Shown here: in pieces, positions 9,586 through 19,627 of the stretch
How the letters are laid out: each line of letters begins with the position of its first letter
Position numbering within the stretch: position 1 is the first letter of the stretch
Source: Patescibacteria group bacterium
GTDB taxonomy: Bacteria > Patescibacteriota > Patescibacteriia > JAQUQO01
NCBI GenBank assembly: GCA_028716045.1
Contig: JAQUQO010000001.1
Coordinates: 128,942-192,941, forward strand
DNA: 64,000 nt
Direction: 5' to 3'
The notes under the pieces: model-generated
Database searches by the model: none
Told to the model about the DNA's origin: nothing
What the model saw: the letters and a program-made list of their open reading frames with translations, nothing else
Translations under genes and position numbers: made by a program

Positions 9586-12138
9586 ATGAAAATATCATAT
9601 AACTGGCTCAAAGATTTTGTTGCCATCAAGGGTTCTCCCGAAGAAATTGGAAAAAAATTTACCGCCCATACGGTTGAAGTGGAGGGTATAGAAAATTTAC
9701 GCGAGAGTTTTAAAAATATCGTTGTCGGAAAAATTTTAGAAATCAGCAATCATCCCAATGCCGACAAGTTAAAGATTGTTAAAGTAGATATTGGTCAGAA
9801 AGATATTGAACTGGTTTGCGGCGGGACAAATTTAAAATTGGGTCAGCTCGTGGCCGTGGCTTTGCCGGGGGCGAAAGTCCGCTGGCACGGGGAGGGCGAT
9901 TTGGTCGAGCTTCAACCGGCTAAGGTGCGCGGGGTGGAGAGTGCAGGCATGATTTGCGGCGCGAGCGAAATAGGTCTGGAAAAAATTTATCCCCATGACG
10001 ACCATGAGATTTTGGATTTAAGTGATTTGAAATTAAAAATTGGAGAAAATTTAGCAACGGCGCTTGGTTATGACGATGTCATTTATGATATTGATAATAA
10101 ATCATTAACTAATCGTCCGGACCTTTTTGGGCATTATGGGCTGGCTCGCGAAGTGGCGGCTTTTACCGGCGGTCAGTTTAAAGGATACAAAGTTCCGCCA
10201 ATCAAGCCGGGCGGGTCCCTTAATTTAGAAGCCAGGGTTGAAGAGCCAAAACTTTGCCCGCGTTATATGGCCGTCGCGATGGAAAATATAAAAATCGGAC
10301 CTTCTCCGGAATGGTTGAGTAAACGTCTTTCGGCCTGCGGTTTTCGTCCCGTCAACAATATCGTCGATATAACTAATTATGTTCTTTTGGAATTGGGTCA
10401 GCCGATGCACGCGTTTGATACCCGCCGTCTTAATTTAAGATTTAAAAATCAATCCTTCGACAGGCTCAGGATTGACTCTGAGCCTATCAACTCGCTTCGC
10501 TCGCTCGGGGCGAATGCTGAGCCTGTCGAAGCAGAGCAAAGCCGAATGGGTCAAAAGTCAACATCAATCGTAGTTCGTCGGGCCAAAGCCGGGGAGATGT
10601 TTGTCACTTTAGACGGCGCCAGCCGCGGTTTGGATAGCTCCATGCTTGTTATTACTGACGAAGAGCACCCGGTAGCGCTAGCGGGGATTATGGGCGGCGA
10701 AGAGAGCGAAATTAAAGAAGAGACGACATCAATCATTTTTGAGTCAGCTTCTTTTGACGCGGCCAATATCCGCCAAACTTCAAGCAAGCTCGGATTGCGC
10801 ACGGAGTCCTCCATGCGCTTTGAAAAATCATTGGACCCGAATTTAGCGGAAGTCGCTTTGGCGCGCGCTGTGGAGCTTGTCAAAAAATTAATACCCGGAG
10901 CGCGTGAGGCCAGTAAAGTAGCAGATATTAGAAAGTTTAAATTAAATCAAGGGCCGATTAAGACCGATATTGATTTTTTCCAAGAACAAATCGGGGAGAG
11001 TATCAAACCGCCGGTTATCGTTAAAATCTTAAAAGATTTGGGTTTTGGAGTGAAAATTTCCGGTAAAAAATTGTCGGTCAGAATTCCTTCTTGGCGGGCC
11101 GCTAAGGACGTTTCAATACCCGAAGATTTAGTGGAAGAAGTTATACGGATTTATGGTTTTGATAATATCAAAGGAGAAATGCCGTCGGTGATGCTGGAAG
11201 TTCCGGAAGTAAACAAAGAGAGGGAAGGGGAAAGAAAAATAAAGACGATTTTATCTTTGGGAGAAGGGATGGATGAAGTTTATAATTATTCTTTTTTAAG
11301 CGAGAAAGATTTACAAAAAAGCGGATTTTCCTCTGCCTCGGCTATCGGGCTAGCCAACTCTTTATCCGAAGAATTAAATGTTTTGCGTCCAAGTTTAATC
11401 CCGGGATTACTAAAAAATGCGGTGGAGAATTTAAAATATTTTGATCATTTTGGTATTTTTGAGTTCGGCAGAATTTTTGAGCCGCCCGACGGAGAATTTT
11501 TAGTCGGCGGAGAAAACCGAGCATTTTTGCCCCGCGAACCATATCATGTGGCGGGATTAATGGTCGGCGAAGAGAAAGATTTTTTCTTTAAAATTAAAAA
11601 GGTAGTGGAGAATTTATTCTCTGAATTGGGTGTTGCCGCGGAATTCGCTAAAGCGGGGGACATTGCCGTTTTTGCTCATCCGGCGCGTTTCGCTGAAATT
11701 ATAATTAACGGTAAAATTGTCGGGGCGCTCGGCGAGATAAATCCGTTGACGGCCAATAATTTTGACATTAAAAAGAAAATAGCTTTTTTTGAAATTGATC
11801 TATCCTTTGTCCTGGCCGCTGGCCGAGGAAAGAAAAAGTATTCCCCGTTGCTGAAATATCCGGAGATTAAGAGAGATTTAGCCATAGTCGTTAGCGAGAG
11901 TGTGGCGTGGGGAGAAGTGGCCAAGGCCATATTTGACCTTGATAAACACATTATTAAAGATGTGCTATTATTCGACGTATATCGCGGGGAAAATTTAGGC
12001 GCGGGCAAGAAGAGCTTAGCTTTTCATATCGTTTACCGCGCGGACGATCGCACGCTTGAAACCAAAGAAGTTGAGGAAGTCCAAAAACAGATTATCAAAA
12101 AGCTGGAAGAAAAATTCAGCGCGGAAACTAGAAAATAA
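9586..12138 (+). CDS. pheT: phenylalanine--tRNA ligase beta subunit. It carries an in-frame ~40 aa insertion encoded by a GC-rich palindromic element.
   Basis: 850 aa. tRNA-binding N-terminus, B3/4 domain (HAFD...IVVRRAKAGE), B5 and FDX-ACB domains. It immediately follows pheS. Confidence 0.9.
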   Translation: MKISYNWLKDFVAIKGSPEEIGKKFTAHTVEVEGIENLRESFKNIVVGKILEISNHPNADKLKIVKVDIGQKDIELVCGGTNLKLGQLVAVALPGAKVRWHGEGDLVELQPAKVRGVESAGMICGASEIGLEKIYPHDDHEILDLSDLKLKIGENLATALGYDDVIYDIDNKSLTNRPDLFGHYGLAREVAAFTGGQFKGYKVPPIKPGGSLNLEARVEEPKLCPRYMAVAMENIKIGPSPEWLSKRLSACGFRPVNNIVDITNYVLLELGQPMHAFDTRRLNLRFKNQSFDRLRIDSEPINSLRSLGANAEPVEAEQSRMGQKSTSIVVRRAKAGEMFVTLDGASRGLDSSMLVITDEEHPVALAGIMGGEESEIKEETTSIIFESASFDAANIRQTSSKLGLRTESSMRFEKSLDPNLAEVALARAVELVKKLIPGAREASKVADIRKFKLNQGPIKTDIDFFQEQIGESIKPPVIVKILKDLGFGVKISGKKLSVRIPSWRAAKDVSIPEDLVEEVIRIYGFDNIKGEMPSVMLEVPEVNKEREGERKIKTILSLGEGMDEVYNYSFLSEKDLQKSGFSSASAIGLANSLSEELNVLRPSLIPGLLKNAVENLKYFDHFGIFEFGRIFEPPDGEFLVGGENRAFLPREPYHVAGLMVGEEKDFFFKIKKVVENLFSELGVAAEFAKAGDIAVFAHPARFAEIIINGKIVGALGEINPLTANNFDIKKKIAFFEIDLSFVLAAGRGKKKYSPLLKYPEIKRDLAIVVSESVAWGEVAKAIFDLDKHIIKDVLLFDVYRGENLGAGKKSLAFHIVYRADDRTLETKEVEEVQKQIIKKLEEKFSAETRK
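10455..10531. repeat. GC-rich inverted-repeat element lying in-frame inside pheT
   Basis: Perfect 15-bp arms: cttcgacaggctcag at 10455-10469 and ctgagcctgtcgaag at 10517-10531. Local GC is far above the rest of the gene. It falls between the conserved HAFD and IVVRRAKAGE blocks, where homologs have about 5 residues. Confidence 0.5.
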
Positions 12139-12150
12139 AATAATATAATT

Positions 12151-12444
12151 ATGTTTGAAACAAGCAAAGACCTGCTCTATGTTATTTTGGCGTTTTGTAT
12201 TTTATGGTTCACAATTTTTATTTGTTGGGCCATATATTACTTCGCCATGATTTTAAAGCAGTTTAATAAGACCCTACACAGCGTTTCCAATGTTGTGGAA
12301 AAATTCAGCGGCCTGGTTGATTTTGCCAAAGAAAAACTTGACCTCACCTCTAATGTTTTAGCGTTGATTTTTACGGGCATCAAGGAGGGGATTGGTTATT
12401 TACAAGAAAAGAAAAGCGCGAAAAGCAGGGGGAAGAAAAAATAA
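12151..12444 (+). CDS. hypothetical small membrane protein
   Basis: 97 aa. One or two TM helices and a Lys-rich C-terminus. Starts 12 nt after the pheT stop. Confidence 0.35.
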   Translation: MFETSKDLLYVILAFCILWFTIFICWAIYYFAMILKQFNKTLHSVSNVVEKFSGLVDFAKEKLDLTSNVLALIFTGIKEGIGYLQEKKSAKSRGKKK

Positions 12445-12521
12445 AAAATAAAATAAAAAATGAAAAAATAATTCTCGTCGGGGGGATTGTATTTTCATTT
12501 TTTATTTTGTTTTAATGATTT

Positions 12522-15500
12522 ATGGAGTTTGTTCATCTTCATCTTCATAGCCATTATTCTTTGCTTGACGGGTTGTCTAAAATAGACGACCTTGTTTTGC
12601 GCGCCAAAGATTATAATATGAAATCCTTGGCCCTGACTGACCATGGCGTGCTTTATGGCGCTGTGGAGTTTTATCAAAAGGCAAAAAAGGCGGGAATTAA
12701 GCCGATTATAGGAGTGGAAACTTACATGGCGCCCAATGGGCGTCATAGTAAAAATATAAAAACTGACGAGCGTCCTTACCACCTTGTTCTTTTGGCTTAC
12801 AATAATCAGGGATATAAAAATCTTCTTAAAATAGTGACTATCGCTCATCTGGAGGGTTTTTATTACAAACCGCGTATTGATTGGGAAGTTTTGGAACAGT
12901 ATCACGAAGGCCTTATTGCCACTTCCGCCTGTCTTGCCGGAGAAATCCCACGTTCAATTTTAAACGGCGACTTAAATAAAACCAGAGAAATTATCAAAAG
13001 GTATAAAAATATTCTCGGTCCGGAAAATTTTTATCTGGAAGTCCATTATCATCCGTCTATGCCCGAACAGGAGGAAGTGAATAAAGCGATTTTTTCTTTA
13101 AGCAAGGAATTGGACGTGCCGGTAATTGCGGCCGTGGACAGTCATTATTTATATCCAGAGGACAATATTGCCCAAGATATTTTACTTTGTCTGCAGAATA
13201 AGACCACTTTAAACGATGAAGATCGCCGACTTTGCATGATGGGCGAAGATTATTCTTTCAGCGCCTTTGAAAAAGCGCTGCAACACTTTAGTGATCATCC
13301 GGAAATTTTTGCCAATACTTTAAAGATAGCTGAAAGATGCAATGTGGAATTAGAACTTAAAAAAGTTCATTTGCCTTTTTTTGAAGTTCCCGGCGGCAAG
13401 ACCCCGGAAGAATACTTAAGAGAACTTTGCGAGGGTGGTCTTGAAAAGAGATATGGCATAACGCCGGAAAATAGAAAAAATTATCCGGAGATTATTGAGC
13501 GTTTAAATTATGAATTGTCGGTAATCGGCAAAACCGGTTTTGCTTCTTATTTTTTGATTGTGCAGGATTTTGTAAATTGGGCAAAAAATAACGGCATTGT
13601 CGTGGGGCCGGGGAGAGGCAGCGCCGCCGGCAGTATTGTTTCATATCTCGCCAATATCACTAATATTGACCCACTGAAATATGATTTGCTTTTTGAAAGA
13701 TTTTTGAACCCCGAAAGAATTTCCATGCCTGATATTGATTTGGATTTTGCCGATACTCGCCGCGATGAGGTTATCCGCTATGTTGAGGGCAAGTATGGCA
13801 AAGACCATGTGGCGCAAATTATTACCTTTGGAACAATGGCGGCGCGGGCGGCGGTGCGCGATGTCGGCCGCGTGCTCGGGTTAAGTTACAGTTATTGTGA
13901 TAAAATCGCCAAGATGATTCCCATGATGATGGATTTAAGCGATGCCTTGGAGAAAATTTCTGAACTCAAGGACGCTTACAATAAAGAAGCCGATGCCAAG
14001 AAATTATTAGATTTAGCAAAACGTTTGGAGGGTTCCGCTAGGCACGCTTCCACTCATGCCTGCGGAGTTTTGATTACCAAAGACCCGCTGACGGAATACG
14101 TGCCGCTCCAATATGCCAGCAGTGGAGATAAAACTATTGTTTCGCAGTATTCTCTTCATCCCATAGAAGATTTAGGCCTTTTAAAAATGGATTTTTTGGG
14201 GTTGAAAAATCTCACCATTTTGGAAAATACACTGGAGATTTTAAAAAAGGGTAGAAACATAGAGTTGGATGTTGATAAACTCCCCTTGGAAGATAAAAAG
14301 ACCTTCAAGCTTTTGCAGGCCGGGCTGACTACCGGAGTTTTTCAGTTGGAAAGTTCGGGGATGAAACGTTATTTAAAACAGTTAAAACCGACTAATTTTG
14401 AAGATATTATCGCCATGGTGGCGCTTTATCGTCCGGGACCGATGGAGTGGATTCCGGATTATATCGCCGGTAAGAATGGCAAAAAAGAGATTAGATATCT
14501 GCATCCCAAATTAAAACCGATTTTAAGCAAGACATTTGGCGTGGCTATTTATCAGGAGCAGGTGTTGCAGATTGCCCGCGATTTAGCCGGGTTCACTTTG
14601 GGCGAGGCCGATGTTTTACGCAAGGCGGTAGGTAAAAAAATCGCCGAGCTTCTTCAAGAACAAAAAACCAAATTTATCAACGGCTGTGTTAAAAACGGTA
14701 TTGATGAAAGTACTGCCCGAACGGTTTTTGAATTTATTGAGCCATTCGCCGGCTATGGTTTCAATCGCGCTCACGCCACTTGCTATGCCATGATTGCTTA
14801 TGAAACCGCTTTTATGAAAGCCAACTATCCCAAAGAGTTTATGGCCTCGCTCCTTACCGCCGAGCAGAATGATATTGACCGCATCGCTATTTTGGTTGAG
14901 GAATGCAATCAAATGGGGATTGAAGTTTTGCCACCGGATATCAATGAGAGCTATAAACAATTTACGGCCGTTATGGCCTCGGACAAGTCGCGCATTCGTT
15001 TCGGGCTTTTGGCTATAAAAAATGTCGGGGAGAATGTGGTGCAAACCATTATTACCGAAAGGAAAACCAATGGGCCGTATAAAGATTTAGAGGATTTTTT
15101 AACCAGAGTGAAGACCAAGGATTTAAACAAGAAATCTCTGGAAAGTTTGGTTAAATGCGGGGCGCTGGATAAATTTGGGGAGCGCAATCAAATGCTCCAA
15201 AATACGGAGAGAATTTTGGCTTTTATAAAAGAAACACACGAAGAAATAAATAATAATCAGGGTAATCTTTTCGGTCTCGCTCCGGCTTTTTCCATGGCCC
15301 CTTCTCTAAAATTAGATTTTGCCGAACCAGCTACTGATAAGCAGAAACTGGCCTGGGAGAGAGAGTTACTCGGTCTTTACGTGAGCGAGCATCCCGCCAA
15401 TGAATTTGCGGCTTCTTTTAAAAATTTAGTTTTACCGATTGGGAGTTTAGAAAGGTCTTTAACGAATAAATTTGTCAACATTCTGGGTGTTGTCGGAAAC

Positions 15501-16061
15501 ATCAAAAAAGTTCTGACCCGCAGCGGCGAGCAGATGCTTTTTGCTAAAATAGAGGATGGCGGTGGTAGCACCGAGGCCATTGTTTTCCCAAAACTTTTGC
15601 AGAATACTTACGCGTTATGGCAAGACGGGAAAATGGTTATTTTGAACGGCAGAATTTCCGACAAGGATGGGGAAGTAAAAATTTTAGTGGAGCGGGCGGA
15701 AGAATTAACTTCGGAAAATAAAGAAGTTGTTTATCAAAAATTTTATAGCCAATATCCCTCCATTGATATTTCTCATCGTCCCGATTTTTCCCCTAAGACA
15801 TCCGTCGCCGATTTAACGGCAAGAAATATCCCGCAATTTTCCATAATTATAAATCTTCCCGCTTCGGCGAACGGCCAGGTTATCAAAAAATTAAAAGAAT
15901 TTTGTTTCCGTTATCCCGGAGAAAGAAAAGTGTTTTTAAAAATAACCGGAAATTCGGAATCAGTCAAAACGATTGAAACCAATTTTAAAATCAGCTTTAA
16001 TGACGAGATAAAATCCGGCTTGGAGGAAATCGCCGGCCCGGGGACGGTTTTTAGTGGTTAA
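12522..16061 (+). CDS. dnaE: DNA polymerase III alpha subunit
   Basis: 1179 aa. N-terminal PHP domain (HLHLHSHYSLLDG). Conserved polymerase core and a C-terminal OB fold. Confidence 0.9.
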   Translation: MEFVHLHLHSHYSLLDGLSKIDDLVLRAKDYNMKSLALTDHGVLYGAVEFYQKAKKAGIKPIIGVETYMAPNGRHSKNIKTDERPYHLVLLAYNNQGYKNLLKIVTIAHLEGFYYKPRIDWEVLEQYHEGLIATSACLAGEIPRSILNGDLNKTREIIKRYKNILGPENFYLEVHYHPSMPEQEEVNKAIFSLSKELDVPVIAAVDSHYLYPEDNIAQDILLCLQNKTTLNDEDRRLCMMGEDYSFSAFEKALQHFSDHPEIFANTLKIAERCNVELELKKVHLPFFEVPGGKTPEEYLRELCEGGLEKRYGITPENRKNYPEIIERLNYELSVIGKTGFASYFLIVQDFVNWAKNNGIVVGPGRGSAAGSIVSYLANITNIDPLKYDLLFERFLNPERISMPDIDLDFADTRRDEVIRYVEGKYGKDHVAQIITFGTMAARAAVRDVGRVLGLSYSYCDKIAKMIPMMMDLSDALEKISELKDAYNKEADAKKLLDLAKRLEGSARHASTHACGVLITKDPLTEYVPLQYASSGDKTIVSQYSLHPIEDLGLLKMDFLGLKNLTILENTLEILKKGRNIELDVDKLPLEDKKTFKLLQAGLTTGVFQLESSGMKRYLKQLKPTNFEDIIAMVALYRPGPMEWIPDYIAGKNGKKEIRYLHPKLKPILSKTFGVAIYQEQVLQIARDLAGFTLGEADVLRKAVGKKIAELLQEQKTKFINGCVKNGIDESTARTVFEFIEPFAGYGFNRAHATCYAMIAYETAFMKANYPKEFMASLLTAEQNDIDRIAILVEECNQMGIEVLPPDINESYKQFTAVMASDKSRIRFGLLAIKNVGENVVQTIITERKTNGPYKDLEDFLTRVKTKDLNKKSLESLVKCGALDKFGERNQMLQNTERILAFIKETHEEINNNQGNLFGLAPAFSMAPSLKLDFAEPATDKQKLAWERELLGLYVSEHPANEFAASFKNLVLPIGSLERSLTNKFVNILGVVGNIKKVLTRSGEQMLFAKIEDGGGSTEAIVFPKLLQNTYALWQDGKMVILNGRISDKDGEVKILVERAEELTSENKEVVYQKFYSQYPSIDISHRPDFSPKTSVADLTARNIPQFSIIINLPASANGQVIKKLKEFCFRYPGERKVFLKITGNSESVKTIETNFKISFNDEIKSGLEEIAGPGTVFSG

Positions 16062-16117
16062 TTTTTTCGAAATATGCTATAATTTCCTTAGAGATAAGTA
16101 ATCTTAAGTATATTTTT

Positions 16118-17248
16118 ATGGTTACAAAAACATCATCCAAAAGCTTTTCGGTCAGTCTTTACAAAAAGATTGCCGTGAGTTTTATCACCCTTACCCTGAT
16201 TTTAGTGATATTGATTTTATATCTTTCTTTTTCGCAGGCGAAGATAAGCATCTGGCCGGTTAAAAAGATGACCAGTGCTGATTTATTGGTTGATATTATT
16301 AGAAATTCGGAAATAGAAGGTGTATTGGCGGGGGATACGTTTGAAATTACCGTAGAAGGAGAAGGAAATTTTTCTCCTACCGGAGGCAAAGAAGTGGAAG
16401 GGGTGGCTGAGGGCAAGGTAACCATTTTTAATAATTACAACAGAAACCAGCCGCTCGTGACCACTACGAGATTTTTAACCAAAGACGGATTATTATTTCG
16501 TTTGAAAAAGGGGACGTTAGTGCCGGCTGGCGGCAAAGTAGAAGCCGAAGTGTATGCCGACAAGGCGGGCAAAGCTTATGAAGTTGGCCCGTCAAAATTT
16601 ACTATCCCCGGACTTTGGGAGGGCCTGCAGGATAAAATTTTCGCCGAAAGTTTTGAAAAAATGTCGGGAGGCGTTAAAGCGGTGAAGATTATTAACGAAG
16701 ATGATATTGCGAAGGGCAAGGAAGAATTGGAGAAGAAATTTTTTGAAGAAGGAGTAAGTAAATTAAATGAATTAGCGGGCAAAAATTTAAACAATAATTT
16801 AATTTTTAAAGAAATTTTAGAAAGTTCTACTGATGTGATGCCGGGCGATGAAGTGGGAGAATTTACCATGGCGATAAAATTGAAATTAGTGGCCGTTGAC
16901 GTAGATGAGGATAAATTATTGTCTTTGGCTGAAACAAAAATGAAAAATAGTCTTTCTTCCGACCGAAGATTGGTGGAAATAAATAAGGACAGCGCCCGGT
17001 ATTCTTTAGGGAAATATGATTTGGAAAACGGAACGGCCACGCTCAACGTTTATTTGGAGGGCGAAACCGTTTTAAGAGAAACGAGTTTGATTTTTAATAA
17101 GGATAACCTTACGGGTAGAAGCAGGGCCGAAGCCGAGGCCTATTTGAAGGGTTTTGATTCCATAGATAAAGTAGAAGTTCATTTTTCCCCTTTTTGGGTG
17201 ACGAAAGTGCCAAAACTGAAGGACCATATTAAAATGGAGATAAAGTAA
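16118..17248 (+). CDS. hypothetical secreted or membrane-anchored protein
   Basis: 376 aa. A single N-terminal TM helix or signal anchor. No recognisable motif. Confidence 0.45.
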   Translation: MVTKTSSKSFSVSLYKKIAVSFITLTLILVILILYLSFSQAKISIWPVKKMTSADLLVDIIRNSEIEGVLAGDTFEITVEGEGNFSPTGGKEVEGVAEGKVTIFNNYNRNQPLVTTTRFLTKDGLLFRLKKGTLVPAGGKVEAEVYADKAGKAYEVGPSKFTIPGLWEGLQDKIFAESFEKMSGGVKAVKIINEDDIAKGKEELEKKFFEEGVSKLNELAGKNLNNNLIFKEILESSTDVMPGDEVGEFTMAIKLKLVAVDVDEDKLLSLAETKMKNSLSSDRRLVEINKDSARYSLGKYDLENGTATLNVYLEGETVLRETSLIFNKDNLTGRSRAEAEAYLKGFDSIDKVEVHFSPFWVTKVPKLKDHIKMEIK

Positions 17249-17288
17249 TTTAGCTTTAATATTTTATACCGGGGATTATTTAAAGAGT

Positions 17289-17316
17289 TTGACAAGTTTT
17301 TGTAAAGTGATACTAT
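17289..17316 (+). promoter_or_regulatory. sigma70 promoter, TTGACA-16-TACTAT, upstream of the thrS leader
   Basis: ttgaca at 17289-17294. tactat at 17311-17316. Confidence 0.5.
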
Positions 17317-17319
17317 ACT

Positions 17320-17497
17320 AAATAGTTAAAGGGTGATTGAAGTAGTTACCAACTATTTTCCGTTTATAGGACCCCGACTCCGCCTTTGCGGGGCGAGGCT
17401 AAACCCTTAATTAAGCGCCCTAAAAGGGAAGTTGGGTGGAACCGCCCCGATATAGCGTCGGGGTCCCAAGCAGTCGTTAGGATTGGTTGGGTTTTTT
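17320..17497 (+). ncRNA. probable T-box riboswitch leader (Thr-specific, ACC specifier) ending in an intrinsic terminator
   Basis: Stem I is aaatagtt...aactattt, with acc-a at 17348-17351 on the 3' side of the internal loop. T-box-like GGGTGGAACCGCC at 17434-17446. An antiterminator can form from ttggg / 7-nt bulge tggaacc / gccccga..tcggggt / cccaa. The cccaagcagtc (17465-17475) stretch, whose first five nt are the cccaa 3' strand of the antiterminator, can instead pair with gattggttggg (17481-17491) followed by T6, giving a terminator. Confidence 0.55.
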
Positions 17498-17552
17498 GTT
17501 TATAAAATATGAATAGCAGATAAAAGAATTTAAATAATTAAATCATTTTAAT

Positions 17553-19352
17553 ATGAATAAAGACACAGAAATTTTACGCCATTCATTAGCGCATTTGATG
17601 GCCGCGGCCGTGCAGGAACTTTATCCCGAAGCCAAATTTGGTATTGGGCCGGTGATTGAAAACGGCTTTTATTACGATTTTGATTTGCCGGAAAAGCTGA
17701 CTCCCGAAGATTTATTAAAAATAGAAAAAAGGGTGGGAGAACTTATAAAAAAAGATGTAGTTTTTACAAGGGAAGAAATGGATGTGGCTTCGGCTATTAA
17801 ACTTTTTAAAAAACTCGGTCAGGATTACAAGGTGGAACTTTTAAAAGATATTAAAGAAAAAGGCACTACCAAGATAAAAGGAGATGAATTTGAGGAAATA
17901 AGCGGTTTTAAGCCGGAAGCAGTGTCCGTTTACAGTACGGGGAATTTTATTGACCTTTGCCGCGGCCCGCACGTTGCTTCGGCCAAGGAGTTGTCAAAAA
18001 TGGGCTTTAAACTTCTCAAGCTGGCCGGAGCTTATTGGCGGGGCAGTGAGAAAAATAAGATGCTACAACGTATTTACGGATTAGCCTTCGCCTCGAAGAA
18101 AGATTTGGAGGAGCATCTAAAGATGCTGGAAGAAGCGGAAAAACGGGACCATCGTAAAATCGGCGCTGAGCAGGAACTGTTTTTTATAGACGATTTAGTA
18201 GGTAAGGGTCTCGTGATGTGGCAACCAAATGGTGTAATTATCAGAAACGAGATAGAAAAATTGGTGGTGGAGATGGAACGTCGGGCGGGTTATGTGCGTG
18301 TGGTGACACCCCATATGGCCAAAGAAGAACTGTATCTTACTTCCGGACATTTACCGTATTATAAAGAAAGTATGTATCCGGCTATGGTGATGGATGATGG
18401 CACGTATTATCTCAAAGCCATGAATTGTCCGCATCATCATTTAATTTTCCGTCACAAAAGCAGAAGCTACCGCGACCTGCCAATGCGTCTCGCGGAATAT
18501 GGCACCTGCTATCGCAATGAGCTCTCCGGTACTTTGGCGGGACTTTTACGCGTGAGGGGGTTAGCCATGAATGATGCGCATATTTATTGCCGCAGAGACC
18601 AGATAAAAGAGGAGTTCAAAAACGTGATGGAGCTAACCATGGGATATTTTAAAATTTTTAACCATAAGGATTATTGGTTTAGGTTGTCAAAATGGAGTCC
18701 GGAACATTTGGATAAATACATCAATGAACCGGACAATTGGGGATATAGCCAGAACGTTATTCGCGAGGTGTTGGAAGAGATGGGCGTCAAATATGTGGAA
18801 GCGGAAAATGAGGCGGCGTTTTATGGGCCCAAGGTTGATGTCCAATTTAAATCCATAATTGGCCGCGAGGAAACAATGTCCACTATTCAGCTTGATTTTG
18901 TGGCTAAAACGAGGTTCAATTTGAATTATATTGACGAAACTGGCAGAGAAAATAATGAAGTGTTCGTTATCCATCGCGCGCCCCTATCCACTCACGAGCG
19001 TTTTTTGGCTTTTCTCATTGAACATTACGGCGGAGTTTGGCCAGTGTGGCTTTCTCCGGCGCAGGTGGTAATTTTAACTGTCGGGGAGAAACATGCGGAT
19101 TTTGCCGGTAAATTAGTTGAAGGATTAAGAGCGGAAAATATCAGGGCAGAGCTTGATGTTTCCGATGAAACCGTGGGCAATAAAATCCGCAAAGCCGAGA
19201 AGCAAAAAATACCTTACATGCTGGTTATCGGCGATAAGGAAATGTCTTCGCCCAACCTTCAGGTGCGCGTGCGCGGTGAAAAGGAAGTGGTGGAAATGCC
19301 CAAAAAGGAATTTATTGAGAAAATCAAAAAAGAGATAGCTGAAAGAAAATAA
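17553..19352 (+). CDS. thrS: threonine--tRNA ligase
   Basis: 599 aa. N2 editing-domain motifs (HSLAHLMAAAVQ). Class II catalytic core. C-terminal anticodon-binding domain. Confidence 0.9.
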   Translation: MNKDTEILRHSLAHLMAAAVQELYPEAKFGIGPVIENGFYYDFDLPEKLTPEDLLKIEKRVGELIKKDVVFTREEMDVASAIKLFKKLGQDYKVELLKDIKEKGTTKIKGDEFEEISGFKPEAVSVYSTGNFIDLCRGPHVASAKELSKMGFKLLKLAGAYWRGSEKNKMLQRIYGLAFASKKDLEEHLKMLEEAEKRDHRKIGAEQELFFIDDLVGKGLVMWQPNGVIIRNEIEKLVVEMERRAGYVRVVTPHMAKEELYLTSGHLPYYKESMYPAMVMDDGTYYLKAMNCPHHHLIFRHKSRSYRDLPMRLAEYGTCYRNELSGTLAGLLRVRGLAMNDAHIYCRRDQIKEEFKNVMELTMGYFKIFNHKDYWFRLSKWSPEHLDKYINEPDNWGYSQNVIREVLEEMGVKYVEAENEAAFYGPKVDVQFKSIIGREETMSTIQLDFVAKTRFNLNYIDETGRENNEVFVIHRAPLSTHERFLAFLIEHYGGVWPVWLSPAQVVILTVGEKHADFAGKLVEGLRAENIRAELDVSDETVGNKIRKAEKQKIPYMLVIGDKEMSSPNLQVRVRGEKEVVEMPKKEFIEKIKKEIAERK

Positions 19353-19371
19353 TCTGGCGTAGTAAATAAAA

Positions 19372-19405
19372 AACAGTTCCGAGTGCTCGGGACTGTTTTG
19401 ATTTT
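19372..19405 (+). terminator. rho-independent terminator after thrS
   Basis: cagttccgag-tg-ctcgggactg followed by ttttgatttt. Confidence 0.5.
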
Positions 19406-19427
19406 GTCCGGCGTTATTTGTTGATTT

Positions 19428-19598
19428 TTAGTATCGCCGCCGGCAGTTAAGAAAGTCCGAAATTTTTCGGAAAAAGTCAATTTGCCGTTCCGCGGGGATG
19501 ATAGCAGTAATAAGGATAATAATTATTCCCATAACTATCAACGCCGTGGTTCCGGGTAAAACTTTCTTAATGCAATCCAAAATAAAAAATTTGTCCAT
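19428..19598 (-). CDS. small hydrophobic membrane peptide (56 aa), not in the ORF track
   Basis: ATG at 19598. A strong SD (caaaggaggaaaaATG). Hand translation MDKFFILDCIKKVLPGTTALIVMGIIIILITAIIPAERQIDFFRKISDFLNCRRRY. Preceded by a TTGACC-17-TAAAAT promoter. Confidence 0.4.
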   Translation of the reverse strand: MDKFFILDCIKKVLPGTTALIVMGIIIILITAIIPAERQIDFFRKISDFLNCRRRY

Positions 19599-19627
19599 TT
19601 TTCCTCCTTTGTAAAGTGCTTTTTATA

